This document shows, piece by piece, positions 9,644 through 18,006 of a DNA stretch of 64,000 nucleotides. The stretch is from Candidatus Binatia bacterium (lineage in GTDB: Bacteria > Desulfobacterota > Binatia > HRBIN30): assembly GCA_038245295.1 (NCBI GenBank), contig JBBRSP010000032.1:1-64000 (forward strand), in the 5' to 3' direction. Under the pieces are notes generated by a model. That model searched no databases. It was given only the letters and a program-made list of their open reading frames with translations, and had not been told where the DNA came from. Position numbers and translations under genes: made by a program. Each line of letters opens with the position of its first letter. Position 1 is the stretch's first letter.

Positions 9644-11692
9644 TCAGAAGAACCGCCGTACCATGCGTAGTTCGGCGCGCATATCGTTTAGCCGCCCGCG
9701 ATAGTCGGTCCAGGTGAAGCTCGGCGCAACCTCGAAGTTGCGATACGTCCAGTGCAGCCGCACGCCGCAGTCGGCGATCTCGTCGCTGGCGACCGACGAA
9801 TCGTCGAAGGCGCGGTAGCCGGCGAAAGAGGATACCGATACGCCGAGCGGCGTGAACCAATCGACCGAGGCGCGTGCCAGATACGACCGGGAGTGGCGCT
9901 GTTGCCCCGGGTAGTCGACGAAGTACTCGTCACCACTCAGCTGAGCGCTGACGTCCTGCACCGGCTGGTACACCAGCAATTGCCCAAAGCGCAGGGCATT
10001 GGAGTCGACGATCGTCGATCGCACGAGCTCGTAGGCGGCGCTCGACTGCACGCGCACCGTGCTCCACTGCTGGCGCAATTCCAATTTGAAGCGATCGAGA
10101 TTCTGGTCGATCAGAAAGTTCGAACTCGAGGAACCGGAAAGACGCGTTTGGTCGCTGAGGATGTGCTCGTACGATGTCGCGCCCCACGGGAACTCGACGC
10201 CGGTCCTGACATCGGCCGAGGTGGTCGAGAAGTGAATGCTCGGATCGAGGTTGCTCGTGTAGCTGACCTCGAGTGGGTCGCCGGGTCGGATCACCGGACT
10301 CGTGGGCAGAATGATGATGCGCGTCAGGCTGCCTTCCTGACTGAGCACGTAGTCGACGTTCAGCGTCGTCGGTAGGCGCGAGCCGCCGCGCACGTCGACC
10401 ATGACGATGGTGTCGTTCTGCACAAACGGATTGTTCAGCGTGAATCCGGCGCCCACACCAAACACCGCCGGTGCGGTGTGCGGCTCGTCGACAACGTCGA
10501 GCTGCGACGAGGTGAAGTTGTTCTGGTCGATCTGATAGCCGCCGGAGCAGGCGGCGAAGAATTGCGCCCCCCAGGGGATCGAGCGCCGGTAATCCAAACC
10601 AGTCTGGCCGCCGTAAACCATTCGGTCTCCGGTCTGGAAGTCTTGACGCATGGCGCGAACGTTCGCCGTACTGATCAACGTGCGGTAGAGGCGGTGCAGC
10701 AGTCCGGCCGTCGCCACGTTGGTTGTGGTGACACCGCTGGTCGAGTCGCTCTGCGAGAAGCTGTAGCGGTAGTCGGTGTTGAAATCGGCGCTGTGGTCGA
10801 GGCGCATGGCCTCGTCGAGCGAGATGAAGCTTCCGGGCGACGTGCCGGTGCGTTTGAAGTAATAGAAGGCGGAATCGAGCCTGCGGTTGAGGGTGGGCCC
10901 GAAATCGAAGCTGTCCAGCGCGCGCACCGTGTGACGGTCGAAGATGTCGGTCGGATTGAGCGGGTCATCGACGTTGTTGAACTCGTAGCGCAGATCGAGG
11001 TCCGACGTTTCCCACCCCTTGTGTCCCTGGTAGCGCACCACGTTGCGCGTCTCGTCGCGTCGAAACGGGCTGCCGAAGACCGCAGAGTCCTCTTTGACCA
11101 GCTCCTGGTGCACGTCAACCAGGGAGCTGAAATTGAGCAGTCCATACTCCTTCAGGAGGCTATTCTCGCGCAGCTCGAAAACGCCGCCGTGGGTTGCGAA
11201 CGTACTGTCGGACCGACCACCGAATCCCTGCGACAAGATGCTCTGATTGCGGTTGGCGAAAAAGTTCAGGAGGTACGGACGATCGGCGAAGAGGATTCCG
11301 TCGATCGCGTAGTCGTAGAGATCACCGTTGCCATAACGCAGTGGCTCGCTGGTGACGTTGATCGCTTCCTCTTGCGACAGCCCGAAGGAGCCGCCGAAAT
11401 TGAAGGTCAGGACGCGCGGATCAAGCAAGTACGCTCCAACGTTGCGCAAGCCAATCTTCTCCTGGAAGAAAATCGTCTCGTAGATGTTGTCCGAGCGTTT
11501 GTCGTCCTGTTTTTGCCAGTTGGTGAGGAAAGAGGCCTCGCCCTGCCAACGACCGAGCGACCACGCGGCCTGGGCTCGCGCCGTGTGGGTCAGAGCCACC
11601 AGCGCGAGGCCGACCAGCGCCACGGTGCACAACCCGCTCGTCCAGCTTACCGTGACGGGGAAGCCGCTGGTCCGTTGGACCGCTGAGATCAC
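9644..11692 (-). CDS. Outer-membrane beta-barrel protein (porin-cytochrome type)
   Basis: Signal peptide, amphipathic aromatic-rich beta strands, C-terminal ELRMVRRFF; GTGA-coupled to the upstream cytochrome. Confidence 0.8.
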   Translation of the reverse strand: MISAVQRTSGFPVTVSWTSGLCTVALVGLALVALTHTARAQAAWSLGRWQGEASFLTNWQKQDDKRSDNIYETIFFQEKIGLRNVGAYLLDPRVLTFNFGGSFGLSQEEAINVTSEPLRYGNGDLYDYAIDGILFADRPYLLNFFANRNQSILSQGFGGRSDSTFATHGGVFELRENSLLKEYGLLNFSSLVDVHQELVKEDSAVFGSPFRRDETRNVVRYQGHKGWETSDLDLRYEFNNVDDPLNPTDIFDRHTVRALDSFDFGPTLNRRLDSAFYYFKRTGTSPGSFISLDEAMRLDHSADFNTDYRYSFSQSDSTSGVTTTNVATAGLLHRLYRTLISTANVRAMRQDFQTGDRMVYGGQTGLDYRRSIPWGAQFFAACSGGYQIDQNNFTSSQLDVVDEPHTAPAVFGVGAGFTLNNPFVQNDTIVMVDVRGGSRLPTTLNVDYVLSQEGSLTRIIILPTSPVIRPGDPLEVSYTSNLDPSIHFSTTSADVRTGVEFPWGATSYEHILSDQTRLSGSSSSNFLIDQNLDRFKLELRQQWSTVRVQSSAAYELVRSTIVDSNALRFGQLLVYQPVQDVSAQLSGDEYFVDYPGQQRHSRSYLARASVDWFTPLGVSVSSFAGYRAFDDSSVASDEIADCGVRLHWTYRNFEVAPSFTWTDYRGRLNDMRAELRMVRRFF

Positions 11693-12939
11693 GGAGCATC
11701 CTTGATCCCGCTGTGACAGCGCTCGCACTGGCCGATCAGCTCGGTTGCCACGTCACCATGACAGGTCGCGCAATACTTGCCGCCGGCGAGATCAGGCATG
11801 CCGAGTCTGCTGGCGCTGGTAGCCGCATCATAGAGGTTGGTGTGACAGTTGGCGCACTCGAGATAGCGGTGTGTCTTGTGAGAAAAGCTGGTGGCGCCTC
11901 CGGATGCGGCGATCGGGCCGACCGGCACGTCAAGGTCGAGTGTGCTCTCGTGGTGCCGCGCTTGCTCGAAGCTGGGGTGGCACGGCCGGCAGGTGGTGGT
12001 GATGCCAAAGGCGACCGATCCGTGGCACGAGCCGCAGTAGCGTCGCGAGTGCAGGTCGATCGCTTTAACTCCTTCCAGCTTGCTGGCGGTGGGGAACAAT
12101 CGTGGATGGCAGTTTTGACAGGACAGCCATTTGGTGTGGCTGGCGTGTGCAAAGATGGCTTTGAACGTAGGCTGCCCCGAGGACTCCATCACGACGTCGA
12201 GATCGAGCTGTGGCTGTGGCTCGGCGTTTGCCATGCGTCCCGGCCGCGGCGAAATCAGATTGTCGTTCAGGGCGCGGTTCCAATCGACGCGCCCGGTCGG
12301 ATCGCGCGGAATGTTTTGCAGGTGGCACAGGGTGCAACCGCTCTTGGTGTCGAACGCCACCGGTCCGTGGCAAGTCGCGCAGTAGCGGTTGGTGTGCACG
12401 TCCGGCGCCGGCAGCACGTCGCCGCTTTTCATCTCAAAGATGCTGTCATGGCAGTTCGCGCAGCTCAGCCATTGCCCGTGCTTCGCATGCGAGAAGGTCA
12501 CCTTGAACGCCGGATTGGCGGGGGGAACGAGATCGATATCGAGCTCGATGACGTCCTGCTGCTTGGCGTCCGGCTCGCGCCCAGGCCGTGGGGCAATCAC
12601 CTTCTCTTCTGCGGCCCGCGTCCAATCGGGATTTCCGACCGCGTCCTTGGGAAGCTTACGCACCACGTCGTCGAAGGTGGCGAACGCGTTGGGCCCACGT
12701 GCCTCGGCACCAAGCTGCACGTCATCCTGCGGTGGTACCGTCGGGGTTGGCGTGGCGGACGGCGGATGGCGCGGGCTGCGCGCCACCTGAGGCGGGGGCG
12801 TCTCGTCTGACGGAATATCCGCGAACAAGAACGCGAGAACGCGCTGACGGTCCTCCGCGCCGCATCCGACAACCCCTGCCACGAAGGCCAGAGCGAGCAG
12901 CAGCAGAACGACCGGCCTTGCCTGGGCCACCGACGTCAC
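11689..12939 (-). CDS. Nonaheme lipoprotein cytochrome (three c7-type triheme domains)
   Basis: Lipobox VVGC; 9 CxxCH in three FxHxxH...CxNCH...YCxxCHG...CxxCH repeats; GTG start overlapping the upstream stop. Confidence 0.9.
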   Translation of the reverse strand: MTSVAQARPVVLLLLALAFVAGVVGCGAEDRQRVLAFLFADIPSDETPPPQVARSPRHPPSATPTPTVPPQDDVQLGAEARGPNAFATFDDVVRKLPKDAVGNPDWTRAAEEKVIAPRPGREPDAKQQDVIELDIDLVPPANPAFKVTFSHAKHGQWLSCANCHDSIFEMKSGDVLPAPDVHTNRYCATCHGPVAFDTKSGCTLCHLQNIPRDPTGRVDWNRALNDNLISPRPGRMANAEPQPQLDLDVVMESSGQPTFKAIFAHASHTKWLSCQNCHPRLFPTASKLEGVKAIDLHSRRYCGSCHGSVAFGITTTCRPCHPSFEQARHHESTLDLDVPVGPIAASGGATSFSHKTHRYLECANCHTNLYDAATSASRLGMPDLAGGKYCATCHGDVATELIGQCERCHSGIKDAP

Positions 12940-13265
12940 GGCCCGATGTGGCAACGCTGGCACATGTCGGTGCCAAACGCGGCCTTGCCATTGTGGCAGG
13001 CTCCGCACGATTGCCCCTTCGCCATCGCCGCCATGGTCGGCGCTTCGCCTCGCTTCATGGCGAAGAGATCGTCGTGGCAGGCGTAACATTTGTATTGGAT
13101 GCGATGCACCCAGTGCGGGAAGTAGGCGATGGCGATCTCACCGGCGGGGCGTTGGCGCGGATAGACGATGTCACCCAGCGTCCCGGCGCGCGCCGGCAAA
13201 GCGCCAGTGACCAGAAGCCCCAGCATCAGGCCGAGGAACATGCGTGCGAGATGGTGGCGGGCCAC
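12936..13265 (-). CDS. Periplasmic triheme c7-type cytochrome
   Basis: Signal peptide; FPHWVH, CYACH, CGACHNG, CQRCH. Confidence 0.92.
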   Translation of the reverse strand: MARHHLARMFLGLMLGLLVTGALPARAGTLGDIVYPRQRPAGEIAIAYFPHWVHRIQYKCYACHDDLFAMKRGEAPTMAAMAKGQSCGACHNGKAAFGTDMCQRCHIGP

Positions 13266-13290
13266 GTCCTAAACCTCCGGGGAGAACCTG

Positions 13291-13338
13291 CGTTCGGCGA
13301 AGAAGCCCATGGGTGCTGCGGGGCCTCTTCGCCGAACG
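13291..13338 (-). terminator. 18-bp GC-rich stem-loop directly 3' of the OmcE-like gene (mRNA stabiliser or partial terminator)
   Basis: CGTTCGGCGAAGAAGCCC / GGGCCTCTTCGCCGAACG inverted repeat; no clear U-tract. Confidence 0.65.
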
Positions 13339-13346
13339 AGTCACGA

Positions 13347-13997
13347 CTAGATGTCGTGGCAGGTGCTGCAGATCGCGCTGCCGCCGTTGTCGATCTTCAA
13401 GAACGGCGGATACGCGTTGTCATGTGGATTGTGGCACGAGCCACACTGGACGAAGCCTGCCGAGTCGTAGTTGACTGCGTTGCCGGCCGGCACCGTCTTG
13501 AAACCGGTGAAGCCGGTAACGTTCGCCGGCTTGGTGACGCCCAACGGATGGTTCGTCCCCATGGCAGCCGGGTTCAGGAAGGCGGCGGACCCGGACGTCA
13601 ACTTCCCTGCCGTGACGTTGGGGCCACTGACGGTACCACCTGTGTCGCGGATCAAGTCACCCAGGGCAATCGTGCCGTCATGACAGCTCATGCAGGCGCG
13701 CGATCCCGCCAGGGCGGTGCTGGTCATGGAGGTCGGCAGAGTCGTCCCCCGGACCGTCGTGGTGGGTGCCCAGGTGAGGTTCTGGATCGTCATATTGTGA
13801 TTCCACAGTGGCCGGGCCGCTGCCGGCTGGCTGTTGTGAGTCACGTGGCAGAACACGCATGTTTGCGTCTGCGTATTCGACTTGATTGCCCCGCCGCCCG
13901 TCGAGCTCAAGTCGTGCTTCGTGCCGGCAATCGGCAAGGCAAGTGCAAGCCCCGGCGTCAGCAGGGCAAGAGCGAGAAAGACGAAGCGCTTTCTCAT
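13347..13997 (-). CDS. omcE: OmcE-like tetraheme cytochrome c (candidate nanowire subunit)
   Basis: 216 aa with signal peptide; IAGTKHDLSS, CVFCHVTHN, PLWNH, CMSCHDG, NHP, CGSCHNPHDN, PFL, terminal CSTCH follow the Geobacter OmcE motif order as recalled; strong GAGGAGG RBS. Confidence 0.8.
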   Translation of the reverse strand: MRKRFVFLALALLTPGLALALPIAGTKHDLSSTGGGAIKSNTQTQTCVFCHVTHNSQPAAARPLWNHNMTIQNLTWAPTTTVRGTTLPTSMTSTALAGSRACMSCHDGTIALGDLIRDTGGTVSGPNVTAGKLTSGSAAFLNPAAMGTNHPLGVTKPANVTGFTGFKTVPAGNAVNYDSAGFVQCGSCHNPHDNAYPPFLKIDNGGSAICSTCHDI

Positions 13998-14087
13998 GAT
14001 GTACCCTCCTCGTATGTGTTGTGATTGTTTCTGAGACATCTAAGGGCCTCGTTTCCTTTCAGCTGTGTTTCCGTTTCACCCCCGCCC

Positions 14088-15176
14088 TCAACGTCCTCCT
14101 TTCTCGCCTCGCGGAATGGCCGCACCGGACGACAACTGGACGCTGTCTTCGACGGCGGTGCCGATCAGCTCGTAAACGCCGACCCGTTTTCCGAACGTGT
14201 CGGAAACGTAGATGCGGTTGCGGTTGTCGATGGCGATGGCGGTAGGATTCGTCAGCAGCCCCGGATAGGAGCCGACGCCGCCGAAGATCATCAGCAGCTG
14301 ACCGTGCTGATTGAACATCTGCACGTTGCTCCAACGCGAGTCGACGACGTAGATGTTGCCGAACGTGTCGATGGCGACGCCCTTCGGTCGCGCGAAGTTG
14401 CCGAGCTGGTCGCCCGACTCACCAAACTTCCAGAGAAACTTGCCGCTCGAGTCGAAAACTTGAATGCGATTGTTGACCGAGTCGACCACGTAGAGCCGGC
14501 CGTCAGCGTCGAGGTTGGCGAATGTCGGGAAGTTGAATTCGCCGTCGGCGCCGCCGCGCTTGCCGATTTCCTGCACCAACTGGCCGCCGAGATCGAAGAC
14601 GCGGATGCAATGCCCTTGCGGCGTATCATTGCGGCCAGTGTCGACGACGTAAAGGCGCTGCCGCGTGTTGTCGACGGCGATGCCGGTCGGATGAATCAAG
14701 AGGTCCTTGCCGATGTTGCGCAGGAAGCCGCCGCCTCTGTCATAGACACGAACGCTCTGCGTCCCGGTGTCGGTGACGTACACGTTCTCCGCATCGTCGA
14801 GGGCGACGCCCACCGGCATCGCCAGGGCATACCGCTCGTCGTCGCCGATGCTGCGTAACGTGCCAGTCTTGGAATCGAAGACGAACACGGCGTTCCACAC
14901 GTGGTCGGCGACGTAGACGCGCTCGCCGTCCGCCGACACGGCCAGACCCATCGGCTGGTAGAGGGCGCGCGTCTTGTCGCTGCCGGCCAGCAGTTCGCGC
15001 ACAGACGGACCGCCGACATCATCGCGCGACTGGAGCGTGCCGATGAGCTTGATGCGCGGCGCGTCGGGCGGATCCGGCCAGAATACTTCTGGAAGTTGGG
15101 ATTGCTGCGTCGCGCAACCGGTGCAGTTTAAGGCGACGCTCATGACCAGCATGACGGAGACGGTGAGTGTTTTCAC
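14088..15176 (-). CDS. NHL-repeat beta-propeller lipoprotein
   Basis: CTGC lipobox; FWPDPPDAPRI; six NHL blades; paralog of 8595-9635. Confidence 0.88.
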   Translation of the reverse strand: MKTLTVSVMLVMSVALNCTGCATQQSQLPEVFWPDPPDAPRIKLIGTLQSRDDVGGPSVRELLAGSDKTRALYQPMGLAVSADGERVYVADHVWNAVFVFDSKTGTLRSIGDDERYALAMPVGVALDDAENVYVTDTGTQSVRVYDRGGGFLRNIGKDLLIHPTGIAVDNTRQRLYVVDTGRNDTPQGHCIRVFDLGGQLVQEIGKRGGADGEFNFPTFANLDADGRLYVVDSVNNRIQVFDSSGKFLWKFGESGDQLGNFARPKGVAIDTFGNIYVVDSRWSNVQMFNQHGQLLMIFGGVGSYPGLLTNPTAIAIDNRNRIYVSDTFGKRVGVYELIGTAVEDSVQLSSGAAIPRGEKGGR

Positions 15177-15189
15177 AGCGTCTCGCAAA

Positions 15190-15303
15190 TGCAATTCCCG
15201 TGCTCTGCAGCCATGCATCGTGACACGATATAGAACGATCCCATTTTAGTGTTCTCTCTGCAAATGCTTGCATGGTCTGATGGCTGTTCCGCAGAGCTTT
15301 GCA
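15190..15303 (-). promoter_or_regulatory. Internal promoter: sigma54-like element with paired palindromic activator sites
   Basis: Minus strand GAGCACGGGAATTGCA (15205-15190; one mismatch in the -24 GG); TGCAAATGCTTGCA at 15259 and CGCAGAGCTTTGCA at 15290. Confidence 0.55.
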
Positions 15304-15345
15304 GGCGAATGAATGACGCAGTGACGTGCGAGTGACACCACGGGC

Positions 15346-18006
15346 TCAGCGCGCATAGTTGATTCTGTAGGATTCCGTTCCGTGGCAGGTTGGCGTGCAG
15401 GTACCGCCGGTCGTCGTTTCCGTATAGCTGATGATACCTGGCGTTCTTCCGGTGGCGATGAGGTGCGGCTGGGTCGCCACGCCGTGCGAGTCGTGGCAGG
15501 CGTAACAAGGGTATTGATGATCGCCGAGATGTTTCGTGTGGCCTTCGTCCGTCGCCGGTAGATTGAAGCGACTGTAACTCTTCTCGGTGATGGTCGCTCC
15601 CTCGTTGGCGTAGGTGTTGTAACGATGACAGGCGAAGCATTCTTCGGTGGACGCCATGACGCGCCGTGCGCTGGACGCAATTGCCGGCTGCTTGAGCAGG
15701 TAGCGATTCTGCGACCCGTGCGGGCCGCGCACCGTCGGGTCATCGCTGCTGTGGCAGTCGCCGCAGTACATCTGCGCCGAGCCGGTCCAGCCATTGATGA
15801 AGGAGAGGACGTTGACGTTGGTGTTCTTCCCGACAGCCTCAACCGGATGGTACGAGCGGTTGTTGCTGTTGAAGACGACGGCGAGATTCGACTGACCGGC
15901 CGGCTGCGTCGTCCAGGAGGAGTGGCACTTGAAGCACATCTGGTACTCGGCGACGGGCGCTGTCGAATCGCTCTTGTTGCGAAACGTGTATGCCGGGGTC
16001 GTTCCTGCCGCACCGTTGGTGACGGCGACACGTGATACGCCGCGAAGGTGATTGGAGAGGGCCGGCGCCGCAGGGGCTGCCGAGTCGGCGCGCGCCGCAT
16101 GGGAGTTGTGACAATCCTCACACTCGGCGTGACGGTTGGCGTTTCCAAATGCCGCCGAAGTGCCAGCCTCGGTGTTGCTGTGGCGGCCGCTGTAGTCGTC
16201 GGTCGGATGTCGGTAGGTCTTGGTATCCTGCAGCAGGATGTTCTTTGCCGCCGGGCCTCCGTCGTGGCAGGCGTAGCAAAGCTTCTCTTCGCGGTTGGCC
16301 AATAGGTTCGGATAGTCCTGCGTCGGCGTGCTGCCATCGGGCCAACCGTGGGTCATGTGACAATTCGTGCAAGACCCACGCTTCGTTGTGTCGATGACAC
16401 GCGGCAAACGCGTGCCGAACGACGGCCCCGGCCACAACGCGCCGGTCGTTGGATTCAAGTGCGCCGCCGGGGAGACCGTGTCGGCGAGGCTGTGGCAGTC
16501 AGTGCAGAGGGCGTTGAGATTCGACAGGCGCGCCAATGTCCCATCCGTGGCTCCGCCGTTGTTATGGAGCTGATGACACGACATGCACTGCACTTTGTGG
16601 GTCGTCTTGTCCAAGGGAATGGTCGACGGCGTCTTGTAGGCACCGGCCGGCAACACGACACCCACCGGGTGCGAGCCGAGAGCCGAGCCGTTGACATTGC
16701 GGGCACTGTGACAGTCGAGGCACGTTTGGTTGGTGTCGTCGTCCAGACGCTGACAATGGCGGCCGTTGCCGCCGGGGCCGGGCGTGCCACTCGGGCCGGG
16801 GGTCGGATAGGCCGGAGCTGTCGGATCGAACGGTTGGGCCATCTGGCTGTGCTCGTTGTGGCACGACGAACACGTAACCTTGCCGCTCGCCAGGCGCGCC
16901 GCCAGGGCCAGCGACGTTGGCTGATTGATGTCGCTGTTGGCATAGACGGTCCACTGATCGTTCAGCTTGAACGCCGGTGGTGGCGTGGCGTTCGCGAACG
17001 TTATGTTGATGCCCTCGTCGAGGCCGACATTGCTGCCGGTCGTGATGCCCGTGGTTGCCGGTGCGGCGACGAGGTACTCGATCTGGACATCATCGACGTA
17101 GACAAAGTCGGTCGCTCCCGCGGTGCCGCTCCCGAGAAAGCGAATGTACGTGGTGGTTGCGATGAAAGCGCTGAGGTCGAAGGCTTGCGCTACCACGGCA
17201 TTGTCGCAGGCATTGAGATTGTATGTAGCGAGCGTTGTCCATGTTGCACCGTCGGTGCTGGCCTGCAGCGCCACATTCGCGGTGCTGGTGTTCGGACACG
17301 TCGCCAGTTGACGTCGGTAGCTGAAGCTCAGTAGCGCGGAAGTGGCGCCGGTTGATGTGGACGGTCGTTGGATGGCCCTGGTGTTGATCGTGCCGCCGCC
17401 AATGCGCAAGCAATTGCCGGCGACACAGGCGGCGTTGGCGACGACACGCAGGACGCCGGCGTTGACGCCGTCCGCCTCGACCACCTCCTGCCACGGTGTG
17501 GCTGTCCACGTTCGAGTGCCGTTGCTCCCGTTGAAAGCGATGGTCGTAAACTCGTCGCGATAGGTCTGCGCCGCCGGCAACGAGGTCGTCCATCCAAACT
17601 TGGCAACGCCCACATCACCGGGCGTCGTGATCGTCAACGTGTAACTCTTCGAGTAACGCCCGCTGAAAGTACCTGCCGAGGTTACCTTGCCGGGCGACGT
17701 GTTGGCCGGGCTCGCCTTGACCCAACCCGAAGCGCCCGAGTCCCAGCGATGTGATGTGCCTCCCACTCCCGGCACCGCCTCGTCGGAATCGGCAAACGGC
17801 ATGGTCGCGGCCAAACCGCCGCTACTGTGGCAGCTCATGCACAAGTTCGGATTGCCGGCGATCTTGGTGATCGCTCCGCCAGGGGCGTGGTGTGTGATGT
17901 GGCAACTGGCGCAGGTGATCGAGTTGCTGGAGTCATGCGGCGGGTCGAGGGCCAGCGCCGGCGTCGTGAACGCGAGGAGGACGAGCAGCAGCAATCGTGC
18001 GCTCAT
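15346..18006 (-). CDS. Large multiheme cytochrome c (13 CxxCH + 1 Cx3CH) with an inserted non-heme beta-sandwich region
   Basis: Signal peptide; hemes 1-2, then ~300 aa without heme motifs, then 12 more motifs ending CTPTCH. Confidence 0.92.
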   Translation of the reverse strand: MSARLLLLVLLAFTTPALALDPPHDSSNSITCASCHITHHAPGGAITKIAGNPNLCMSCHSSGGLAATMPFADSDEAVPGVGGTSHRWDSGASGWVKASPANTSPGKVTSAGTFSGRYSKSYTLTITTPGDVGVAKFGWTTSLPAAQTYRDEFTTIAFNGSNGTRTWTATPWQEVVEADGVNAGVLRVVANAACVAGNCLRIGGGTINTRAIQRPSTSTGATSALLSFSYRRQLATCPNTSTANVALQASTDGATWTTLATYNLNACDNAVVAQAFDLSAFIATTTYIRFLGSGTAGATDFVYVDDVQIEYLVAAPATTGITTGSNVGLDEGINITFANATPPPAFKLNDQWTVYANSDINQPTSLALAARLASGKVTCSSCHNEHSQMAQPFDPTAPAYPTPGPSGTPGPGGNGRHCQRLDDDTNQTCLDCHSARNVNGSALGSHPVGVVLPAGAYKTPSTIPLDKTTHKVQCMSCHQLHNNGGATDGTLARLSNLNALCTDCHSLADTVSPAAHLNPTTGALWPGPSFGTRLPRVIDTTKRGSCTNCHMTHGWPDGSTPTQDYPNLLANREEKLCYACHDGGPAAKNILLQDTKTYRHPTDDYSGRHSNTEAGTSAAFGNANRHAECEDCHNSHAARADSAAPAAPALSNHLRGVSRVAVTNGAAGTTPAYTFRNKSDSTAPVAEYQMCFKCHSSWTTQPAGQSNLAVVFNSNNRSYHPVEAVGKNTNVNVLSFINGWTGSAQMYCGDCHSSDDPTVRGPHGSQNRYLLKQPAIASSARRVMASTEECFACHRYNTYANEGATITEKSYSRFNLPATDEGHTKHLGDHQYPCYACHDSHGVATQPHLIATGRTPGIISYTETTTGGTCTPTCHGTESYRINYAR

